From Phoronis australis (Eukaryota; Animalia; Phoronida): 64,000 bases of DNA. Under the pieces are notes generated by a model that searched no databases, was not told where the DNA came from, and saw only the letters and a list, made by a program, of their open reading frames with translations. Made by a program: the position numbers and the translations under genes. Position 1 is the stretch's first letter; every line of letters starts with the position of its first letter. Positions 25,801 to 37,800 of this stretch are shown piece after piece. The stretch lies in NCBI GenBank assembly GCA_002633005.1, contig NMRA01000781.1:72613-136612 (forward strand). The letters are read 5' to 3'.

Positions 25801-28800
25801 TACAAACATTTACTGGTAATGTTAAAAAACTATTGTACAAAAACTGTATGTTCAAAAGCTATGTACAAGATGAGCAAGTCCTAAAGAACATAATCTATAA
25901 TAACGTAAGATTTGTTAATCCTAAAGACAAGCTAGATGTAATTATTTATTACAAGAATATGAAGACCTCTAATTTAGTGATGAGAAATAATATCAGTCAT
26001 GAGAAGGTCTGCACTGTTGCTAGATGTAATGTTGTTTATGAGTTTACTTGTTCCATGGTCGAATATTTTCGTCATCAGAAACAAAATTACATTGGGCACA
26101 CAGTCTGTTCCTTGTCGCGACGACTTTCAGTGCATTTACAAAGGGGCTCCATAAAAGACCATTTTCAAAACGTTCATGATCGCAAGATAACTCGTCAGGA
26201 GATTGTTGAAAATACAGTCATTTGCTACATTGAGAATGATGTACACAAGTTATGAACATTAGAGGCACTTCTAATAATGTTTGAAAAACCCACTTTGAAG
26301 CTAACTGGAACTCGAAGGACTCTGTTATTATTTAGGTAATCTGTACATTATGTTGCACAGCAACGTATGTATATTTATATATGTGTGTTTTTATCGTCAT
26401 AGTTGCGCATGCCAACTTCACATGTTATATTACATTTGTCATTTCTGATGTGCGTTTCACTGTGAACTAGTTGTAAATAGTAGCCTGAAGATGAGATATG
26501 TGTCTCATGTTGTTTGGATTTTTATTGCACTGTTGTGATGTAAAGACAAGATCTCTATTTAGAGAGTTGGAAAGAACTGAAATTTAATTAGTAAAAACAG
26601 TTCAAAGTCGTGTCTTCAATGAAATATGTATACAAGAAAGATTACTGCCAAATTATAGTGATTTCAAGAACTTACATGACATATACATTACATACATATA
26701 ATATACGGAATATGACGAATTTATATTTGATGAACGTGACTCAGGCCCTTATTTATTCCCAACTTATTATCTGCGTAATAAATGTACGGTGTTTTCACTG
26801 TTAGTTCGTACACTAGTGAGAGCTTCGTTTATGAATTAATAGAGACAAAATTGGCCGTACGAACTGTTAGGGAAGAAAGTCGAGTGTTCGAATTATTAGA
26901 GAAAAACATCGACGATAACAACGAGTGCAACGACGGCCTCGAGACGTTGGTTTGGCAATGTGAATTATAACTAGTAACAAATTTTTTTCTCGGGTGATGG
27001 ATTTACTTCAAAATATAACTCTTTTTCACTTTAATTTCTTCCTATACTTGCAAACTTTAGGAACCACGCCACCTTCGGAACCTCCGCTTTTTACGATGTC
27101 GTCTGCCACACTTATTTTCCGACTGCAGTGCAATAGATAAAACATGCATTTGAAAAAATCAGGCCACAGAAATGTGACGGTGGTTTTGCCAACATTCCCA
27201 ATTCGACTCAGGAGGAAAGCTCTCGGATTTTGAACGATCCTCACGGAAAGGTGTCAAATTCTCCCTATTTTGATGAAATTTCCCCAACTTAGTTTTCTGG
27301 AAATGTATTTTGCTGGGATACCGAGGATGCCGTGGCGACGGAAAGGACAGTGTGCCTCACAGGGTTAATTTGCTGCCTATGTTCCTGGGTATTTGTGTGT
27401 GATCTTGAAATAATAAAAAATGCATGCCAGGTTTTGTGTTAGCAGATTTGCCAATGTCGCTGGCAGTTCTTGTTATGTGCTCTGGTACTTACGGTAATTG
27501 AAATTTCTCGAAACTTAGCTTAGTAGAGCTGTAGGCGCCTTACCGCATTTCCTAAAAAATCAAAGGTGTTATAGACAATTACTGTTAGTGAATTTTGTTG
27601 TAATAAGAAACTAAATGACTGCATTAGTAAGTACAATTTCTTGGGGCAAACTGCTCCGCCTAGGCCTGTCTGTGTAGATATTCCACCTACCTGTATAGCC
27701 ACCCAGAATAATTTTGTTTCTACACTGGCCAGCTTCAGCCGGAACAAAATTCTTCCCATAGAATCGAGTCTGAAAAATCTACGTGCACGACTGGCGACCC
27801 GGGGAATGAAAACTGGCGCTACTGTGAGGGGCTTGTACGGAGAGAAGAATAAAAAACATGGCTAGAATGTCGCTGCGGGCCGGAACATCGAGTCTAGAGC
27901 CACGCGGTTCTGAGGAACATTGGGCCCAAGGAATATCGCAAAGCAACGGGTCTTTTACAACCCCAGGGGTTCTAACTTCATTGTCAAGTAAATTAATACC
28001 TGGGTCGCTGAAACTTATCTGGTAGTACAGAGTCAAGCAGGCGTGCTTTCAGGAATGTTAGGACCTACGCTGGGACCTAGTTAAATCTAGCCAAAGTCAC
28101 TTGTTTTCATTTAAAATACACGGCAATATGTCACGTCAAGAATGTCACAAAGTCTTGCTTTTTAGCGAGGTCCTAGCGTTACTGAATGGGAGGCAGGTAT
28201 ACTATCTCAGTTAGCACTGTTGCTATTCTCGTTTGATGTGCAACTTTGAAGTGGCGCGCGTGTATGTTTCCACACTTGAATCGCTGGAGTGCATGTTACA
28301 GTGACAGCAACACATGTGAGTGACAGATGACTCATACATACGTGTGTGCTCTGTCCCAGAAAGTATAGAAGGGCTGGAGAATTTGTTTGCTGTCTTGCCA
28401 TAAAAAAGAGACACATTTCCAAGTAGCGGTCTGTCGGGACATTGCGCGCAAACAGTGGTATCGACCAGTGCCGCAGTGTGATGATATTGTTGGGGATATT
28501 GTAATTGGCCAATCAGGACAGCTTGCATGAAAAATAAATGTTTTTTCATCATAAATTTGGTAAGTTGGTCATTAGTGAATGAAACATCGCTGTGACATTT
28601 TTAATTTATTACATATTTTTGCCATGGTCCGAATTTTTTGCCGGCTCGTCCAAAAATTTGCAAAAGTAGCCGAAAATACCAACCAATGAAACGCGTCAAA
28701 CATCGATTCTGAATTATCCAAAGACGTTATCCCATGTATACTCCACACGTTTACAACTCAATAAGAGGGCCGAGTGTTCAACGTGATTTGGAAACAACCA

Positions 28801-31800
28801 AATAACGGCCGGATTTGCACAAGTGCCAGGTATCTGCTTGCCGCCAAATGCTAGCCTAGGCTCACGTTCTTGAGAATTTCCAGGTTGCATGTTGCAACAT
28901 ATATGAGATGACCAGTCTTGGCTTGCATTTCCAAATTTCAGGTCGTGAATGTCTAGCGCCGAGTTGATTATAACCGACACCGAACTAGCACGTACTCGCT
29001 GAGTGGGCATTACTGGTTAGAGCTAGTCACTAACTAGCACTTACTCGCTGAGTGGGCATTTCTGGTTAGAGCTAGTCACTAACTAGCGCGTACTCGCTGA
29101 GTGGGCATTTCTGGTTAGAGCTAGTCACTAACTAGCGCGTACTGACTGAGTGGTCATTTCTGGTTAGAGCTAGTCACTAACTAGCGCGTACTGACTGAGT
29201 GGTCATTTCTGGTTAGAGCTAGTCACTAACTAGCGCGTACTCGCTGAGTGGTCATTACTGGTTAGAGCTCAAGTCACTAACTAGCGCGTACTCGCTGAGT
29301 GGTCATCACTGGTTAGAGCTCAAGTAACTAACTTACCGCGGCTATCGATTACCCGAATAATTGGCGATTTGTTTACAAGTTATTTTTACAGACAAAGATA
29401 TGTGTACGTACTATTTTTTGCTCGACTACCTACTGTACGAAATTTTTTTCCCTAGGACCCCCACTGTACGCGTTCTTAAGACTCATCCCGAGTCAAAGTC
29501 ATAAAATATTAAGCAAATACTTGCTGTTGAGTAATACCCTTGCAGTAACTTTTGATTGATGACTGGCTCATGTCCGCTTACCTCCCATTCTCATCTTTTG
29601 ATTGACGACTGGCTCATGTCTGCTTACCTCCCATTCTCATCTTTTGATTGACGACTGGCTCATGTCTGCTTACCTCCCATTCTCATCTTCCTTACGTACC
29701 GTGTTTCTCGCAATGGCAACTGAAGTTAGCCGTGCAGGGCGTTTGAGATAAGACAGCCGCACTAAACCTTACGTTGACAATTCATTGGTTTGCGAAGTCT
29801 AGAACATAAACATTCCCAACCATAAAAAACGCCTGAATTAGTTTTTCAAACATTTATTTCGTCAAACAACTCAACTCTGAACTCAGTACTTTACAGCTAA
29901 TACGCACATACTTCTACTCATGTCACATGACCACTCTGGCCATAAATTTAATACTGATGATGTAACCTCTGCAACACGTGATGATTGCACGCGTGCACGT
30001 CGCGACGTGAGAATAGTTGCAATCAAACTGGAGCGCTGCATAGTCATTTGTCGTCTGCGCACTACAGTCACCGGAATCAGCTCTAACACTACTACGGGAC
30101 GGCACGCTATTGTTACTCCGCACTTTTGTAAATTTATTCGTGTAGTACTAATCTAACAGAACCTTGGTGGGAAAATCCGTTGTTATGACAGTTTTACTAC
30201 CATTTGGCGACACATTGGAAAATCTTATCGCTATTTCCACATTTTCTGTCGCCAAAAATGGTGATCTGAAAAACGACTTTTCGAGCTCTATGCTAGCGTA
30301 GTAAAGCACATAACGGAATCCGATCACCTGAATAGATTGGCGCTTATTGATTTGTGTTCTTTTATAAAAAGGAACATTTCCATTTTACCGATCCAAAAAG
30401 CTGGTACGAATTATTTTTTCCGACGCAAATATGTGTACGAACTATTTTTCCCTCGGACTCCTACTGTACGAACTATTGGAGACAAACAGCATGTTTCAAG
30501 GGTCCTGTACGAACTAATAGAGTGTACGAATTAATAGAGAAAACACCGTAGGTCTCTTTTGAAACCAAAAACCTGTTCCTTGAGGTTCTCGGATGAAAGG
30601 GCTGTACACTGACAACCTCAAGGTATGCCTTTTTGATTCATATCATCCCCTATGGAGTGTTGCAGTATATACATTGTACAGACAGCCATATACAGTGTAC
30701 TAAACAGTTTTATGTGCTGTTCCTGCTCTTTGTCAGATGACTGGTGTATTGTTTTATTAGTTGCCACATGGTTGGCAGTTTATTTTGTTTGTTTAACCTT
30801 TTTTAACAACTTCAATTTAGTGGAATAATAGGTTTGTGCCATTAACTATTGATTCTTGTAACAAAGCATTCATTCAAGACATGTGAATTATGAAAGTGAG
30901 GCTACAGATGGCAACATAATGACTGTCTCCACTTCATTTACTGTCGATTTAACTTTCAGTCTCATTGAAAAGTTCATTAAAAAGTACAAATAATTTAAGG
31001 AAAGTTTCAAGTATTGTGCTGAAAAGTTCATGCACAGGACTATAATAGAGAATCATAGCAACAGATGCAGCCAAAGTTTACATGACATGTCAAGTCTGGC
31101 CTTCTGCTAGTTCGGGTTCTTGTTTAGTCACTGATTTAAAATGGTGAAAGTTTATGATAATTTTAGTTACATATTTGGAGGTATGGTGTGTATGAACATA
31201 GAAAAATCAGTTACCAATTATCAGTTAGCTAGAAGCTTTAGACTTGTCTTATTGTAGGCCTGCCAAGGTTTCTGGTTATCGTCATCCATCATGTTGTATG
31301 ATCATTTTTTCTGTGTTGAAAAGTGATAAATGTGCACTCTGACATTGCTGTTGTCGAGCGGAACACAACATTTTTCGTCACATTTTGTGCTGAGAACCTT
31401 GTCTGACAACTCAATTCTAGTGATCACACTTGTCTGTTATTTAACTTGCCTTGTTTTCACTTGGTCATTGAATACATGAACAAGTTTTTAGATCAGTCTA
31501 AAATTAGTGATAAGTTCTTGGACTGCTAAAACTGAAGTCCTGAATTATTATTGATGAGGTGCCCAGATTCCTGTTAGACACATTCCGTTCTAAGCTGTAC
31601 TTAGACTTGCGCGAATAATTTTTGTAAAAAAGGTGATATGGGATCAATCTGTGGACATCAGTTCCAAAACATCTCTCTCTTTTTCCTTCGTGCTCTTGTG
31701 CTTGTTTACAGGTTAGCATTGTACCAATATCGGAAACACTTGAACATGTCTGAGCTAGTCTCCAGACAAGCGTATGTACTGAGGGATGTACCCAAGGCTG

Positions 31801-34800
31801 ACATCAGAGCCACCTACAGGGAACGTTAGCATGTTGCCACCATGCAGTGATAAATGGATCAGATGTTGTTTGGCATAACTTGAAGACAAAACTTCGAATG
31901 TCTTTCCTACTCCTTTCAAAATCTAGAAGTCCTCAAATTTCAAATGAATTCAATGATTTAATTTACCAGGCTATTGTTTTATTTCTATTTGTTTTTTTCA
32001 ATATAGTCATTGATTTACTAAGATGGAGTGTTTTTGTGTGGTTAAAGACATGAGTAGCCCTTAAGACAGTACTGCTGTTTGTATACATTGCAAGCCATCA
32101 AACATGGCAACATCTAACAGTTCTCAGACGGCCTGCTCTAACATGTACTACAAGTTCTACTTTTTCTTACAACTTTGCACATTGCATTGCAGTTTGTTTT
32201 GTTTTGCTTTTTGTTCAATTTGAAGACTTCTTGAAAATTGGTGAGGCAACCATGAATTATAATAGCAGTATTTGTTGACTTGGTACTATGCACTATGTTA
32301 ACAATGTTATTAACTTTGTGCTTTTGGTTCGTTTCTTAAGGGATACATTTGCTGATGATTATTTAATAGTTATGTTTACAGTGGTGTTTTATTTATGTTA
32401 TTTCTGGTACAGAACCTGCGTTTATTGTCTTCTTGTTGCTGTCTATGTTTTATGACCAGAATTTACTTTGAGTTGGTCAATGAAATACAACAAACACATC
32501 CTTGCCATCTGCCATCACATGTCTTTATTACAATTAGAATGCAATCTTTTCAGTTACAAAGTGTAACACATTTTGAGTAAACNATTTTGCACATATATGT
32601 GACCCACCACCACAAAATGAGTCTTAAGTCGCGATTTGTCATTTTTTTAATCGTTATTTTTTTCTGAAAATACAGTATTTTCTGATCATTTTGAGGTATG
32701 AAACATATCCTTATCTTCACAAATGACCGAGTTATTGCCAATTCTAGTCGGGGAAAGCGAAAATTTAGAGCTTTCAGAAGTCGAGGAAAATGGCCAGCAA
32801 AAAGTGCCGATGTGTCTTTAAAATTTCTATAGCAATCTGCAGTTAAATGCTACATTTCAGACTTATTAGTACACACAACATAAACAAATAAAATTACTCA
32901 AAAATTAGAAAAAATGTAGACCTTATTATGTAATCTCAGCCAAAAATATTCATGTTGGGTTGCTGCAACTGGGTCAATAAATTTCCCAGCTAAGGTATAC
33001 AGGGTCAGTCCACTTGTGGCAGGAGGGGTTACCGCAAGTAAAACAAGTAGTTAAAGTGTATTTTGGAGAAGTTTAATAAAATGAAGTCCTGTAGATTATA
33101 AAATACACGTTTGTAGCTGACCTTTGTTCAAAAGAACTCAAAATTTTATGCTAGTGTGAATAATTTTGAAGAAAATGACAATCGCTCATCCCTATCCAAG
33201 TCCACTGACACTGACTGAAGAGCAACGATTTCCTGGACTTCTCGCCGAGTGATTCAGCCCTATCGAAGATTGTTCTCTCTTGCAGTAATATTCGGCCACT
33301 TGCACCCCGATTCACTGGCTTTGCAAGTTCTGTTTGTTCCAATCCAATGACTTGGAATCCAACGTAACCATATTCGCGATGGGTCGATCATGAAACTCAT
33401 CTGGCAACGAGTTGCTGCTGTCAGATGACTCGTCGCTGTCACGAAATTCCTCCTTGTCTCCATCAACAAATGTGGTATTTGATGAGTTCAGTTAATTTTC
33501 GCTGATCTTGATACAGCAGTCAGAAGCAAGAGTTAATCACTGAGATATCAGCTTCACGGCAACCAGCCATCTTACTGTCTTGTAAACATGCCGTGACCTC
33601 GCGACCCCATAGTTTCACGCCCACTTAACTAGTTCTAGCGAATGAGGTCAGCGATGCATTGGGTTAAAAGATCATTGCTAGCTAAAAGACTGGTGAGTGG
33701 CACTTTTGTTGAAAATACCTCGAATCCAAAAAGTGAAATAACGACTGATGATTGGACGAAAAACTCAAAGAGCTTACTGCATGCATAATGAGCAGAGTTT
33801 GACCTTTCTGTTGATGTGTTTGCGAGCGAATTGGGTCATCGGAGCAATGAGGACACGAAAACCGACAAATTTTGATGAAAATTTCACGAAATATGCAGTC
33901 GTGGAGAAGGTGATGTTTATCAAAATGAAATAAATAAGATTTAAAATGAAGTTTGCTTGTTTTAAACTATTGTTTTGTGAAGTAGAATGAATAGATAATC
34001 ATAATCTGCAATAAAAAAATTTGACCTAATTTTAACCGATAGCGACTGTTTGCAGTCTAGTCAGAAATTAGAGATTCCGACTTAAGACTCATTTTGCCGT
34101 GGTGGGTCACATATTCCTGTTATGGTTGGGACGGCATGAGCAAACTTTCGGACAGATCTGACTACTGGTGTGCCCCCTAGTGGCAGTTTTATTTTTTATG
34201 CTTACCTTTATATCTTCAACATATTTTCATATAATTTGGTATATATAGGCATCTATTAGTGAGATCACGCTATCCTCCCGTTTTCGGAAGGATTCGATGT
34301 AGTTTGCGCCACCTAGTGGCCATTTTTGCTGTTGGCGTCCACCCCTCTATCAACCAAACCGCTGTAAGGATGATTGTGAAAATTGGCATGTATGTTAAAC
34401 TTCTTACTATGAAGAGGACGGCTGAGGATGATTTTCCGACGATTTTGACTACTGTGGCGCCTCCTAGTGGCAGTTTTGTTTTTTTGTGCCCATGGCTGTA
34501 TTTCCTAAACCGTTGGCAGGACCCTTACTAAATTCAGCAAGTGTATTTATATAGTGTTGACCATGGATGTTGACGACTTTGGGATGGATCTTACTACTGG
34601 TGTGCCCCCTAGAGTCAGTTTTATTTTCTTACGTTTACCTCTGTATCTTCAAAGGTCCTCAACGTATTTTCATAAAATTTGGAATATAGGCATATATTAG
34701 TAAAATGGCACTGTCCTATCATTTTCGGATGGATGTGACATAGTTTGCGCCACCTAGTGGCCATTTTTACTGTGTTAGTCTGTTTTTTGGCATCCAACTC

Positions 34801-37800
34801 TCTATCAACCAAACCGCTCTAAGGATGATTGTAAAAATTGGCATGTATGTTCTTACCACAAAGCTGACAATGATTTTCAGACGATTTTAACTACTGTGGT
34901 GTCTCCTAGGGACAGTTTTGTTTTTTCACGCCCATGGCTGTATCTCCTAAACCGTTTGTAGCATCTTTGCTAAATTTAGCAAGTGTATTTATATAATGTT
35001 GGCAATGGATGATAACAACTTTCGTTCAGGTCTGATTACCAGTGTGCCCCCTAGTGGCAATTTTCATTTTTAGGCTTACCTCTGTATCTTCAAAGATCCT
35101 CAAGCGATTATCAGAAAGTTTGGAATATAGGCATTTATTGATGAGATGATGCTATCCTCCCGCGTTGGGATGGAAGTGAGCTACTTTCCGCCACCTAGTG
35201 GCCATTTTTCGTGTTTTCGAGTCTTGTTTTTTGGCGTCCACCCCTCGATCAACCAAACCATTCAAAGGAATGATTTTGAAAATTGGTGTATATGTTCTCA
35301 GTGTGAAGAGGACAATTGATAATGAATTTGACTATTGTGGCGCCTCCTAGTGATAGTTTTATTTTGTTTTGATGTCATAGCTGCATCTCCTAAACTCACT
35401 GCAGGATCTTTATTAACTTTAGCAATTTTGTTTATATGAAGCTTACAACAGACGACGACATCTTTCAGGCGGATCCAATGAACACTGTGCCCCATAGTGG
35501 CTATTTCATTTTTTTCTGTTTTCCTTTTTTCTCTGAAGTTCGTTGACAGATTTTTATGAAATGTGGTTAATATTTTTCTATTAAAGAAGCGATGACATGT
35601 TCTTATTTACAGATGGATTGAATTTTTTTTTGCCATCTAGTGGCTATTTTTATGAAACAAATAAACAACCCTTACCCTAGAATCACTCCGTTTGCGGTGC
35701 ATTTGTGGGCTTATTTCAATGCTCTGCGTTGCTTCTGTATTTATATGTGGGAGCATATCTCTGTCTGGGTGTCCAGGCATCTGGCATCCGGGCTGTATCT
35801 CCTAAACTCCTTGAAGGATCTTACTGAAATTTTTCTACAGAGGATGATGAGTTTCTGATCAACTGGAGTACCACTGTGCCCTCTAGTGACAATTTTAGTT
35901 TTTTAGCTTTGCCTCTGTATCTTCGGAGTGCCTTGATGGATTGTCTTGAAATTTGGCATGTAGGTTAATATGGAGGTGATGGTGCTATGTTTTTGTATGG
36001 ATTCGACGGGTTTTACGCCACCTTGTGGCCATTTTTGTTAATTTTGTGCCTGTGTTCTGGTGTCTGCCTCGCTATCTGCCATACCGCTCAAAGGATCATC
36101 ATGAAAATTTCCAGATGTGTTGCTCATTAGAGTGCCATGACTGACGTTGACTTTCGGATGGGTCCGGCCACTGTGTCACCCTCTTGTGGTGATTTTGTTT
36201 TTTGTGTCTGCGGCCGAATCTCCTTTAAAAGGATCAAAACGAGATTTTACAGACGTCTTCCTGATTAGACTACTGCTTTGTTCCCTAGTCCCCAAATTAA
36301 TGACTATCCTTTTGACAACAGCAGCATTATTGCATTTTTTCCAGTTCCAAGGTATCCAGTTCAACAGTGTCACTGTTGTTTTTGTGTACAATTTGTGAAT
36401 ATTTGTGGTTCTTGTGTTGCTGTACGTATTACAACCTTTGTTATCTTATTACCTATCAGAGCTGCATAACTACATGAAAGACCTGGCCCTGGTAGCATCA
36501 TTGGTCATCGCTGTAGGGGGATGCTGGTTTGCCTATGTCCAGCACAAGCACTCTCAGTCTCACCTGAAGAAGATGATGAAAGATATGGATACTTTACAGA
36601 GTGCAGAGGCAGCTCTGGNGGTGTCTCCTAGGGACAGTTTTGTTTTTTCACGCCCATGGCTGTATCTCCTAAACCGTTTGTAGCATCTTTGCTAAATTTA
36701 GCAAGTGTATTTATATAATGTTGACAATGGATGACAACAACTTTCGTTCAGGTCTGATTACCAGTGTGCCCCCTAGTGGCAATTTTCGTTTTTAGGCTTA
36801 CCTCTGTATCTTCAAAGGTCCTCAAGCGATTATCAGAAAGTTTGGAATACAGGCATTTATTGGTGAGATGATGCTATCCTCCCGCTTTCGGATGGAAGTG
36901 AGCTACTTTCCGCCACCTAGTGGCCATTTTTCGTGTTTTCGAGTCTTGTTTTTTGGCGTCCACCCCTCGATCAACCAAACCATTCAAAGGATGATTTTGA
37001 AAATTGGTGTATATGTTCTCAGTATGAAGAGGACAATTGATAATGAATTCGACTACTGTGGCGCCTCCTAGTGATAGTTTTATTTTGTTTTGATGCCATA
37101 GCTGCATCTCCTAAACTCACTGCAGGATCTTTATTAACTTTAGCAATTTTGTTTATATGAAGCTTACAACAGATGACGACATCTTTCAGGCGGATCCAAT
37201 GAACACTGTGCCCCATAGTGGCTATTTCATTTTTTTCTGTTTTCCTTTTTTCTCTGAAGTTCCTTGACAGATTTTTATGAAATGTGGTTAATATTTTTCT
37301 ATTAAAGAAGCGATGACATGTTCTTATTTACAGATGGATTGAATTTTTTTTTGCCATCTAGTGGCTAATTTTATGAAACAAATAAACAACCCTTACCCTA
37401 GAATCACTCCATTTGCGGTGCATTTGTGGGCTTATTTCAACGCTCTGCGTTGCTTCTGTATTTATATGTGGGAGCATATCTCTGTCTGGGTGTCCAGGCA
37501 TCTGGCGTCCGGGCTGTATCTCCTAAACTCCTTGAAGGATCTTACTGAAATTTTTCTACAGAGGATGATGAGTTTTGGATCAACTGGAGTACCACTGTGC
37601 CCTCTAGTGACAAATTTAGTTTTTTAGCTTTGCCTCTGTATCTTCGGAGTGCCTTGATGGATTGTCTTGAAATTTGGCATATAGGTTAATATGGAGGTGA
37701 TGGTGCTATGTTTTTGTATGGATTCGACGGGTTTTACGCCACCTTGTGGCCATTTTTGTTAATTTTGTGCCTGTTTTCTGGTGTCTGCCTCGCTATCTGC

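Larger units (their letters stand above)
26785..30550. mobile_element. Large non-autonomous TIR element, TA target (Tc1/mariner-like), probably composite
   Basis: Left TACGGTGTTTTCACTGTTAGTTCGTACACT versus right reverse complement TACGGTGTTTTCTCTATTAATTCGTACACT; GTACGAA subterminal repeats; no credible ORF. Confidence 0.72.
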
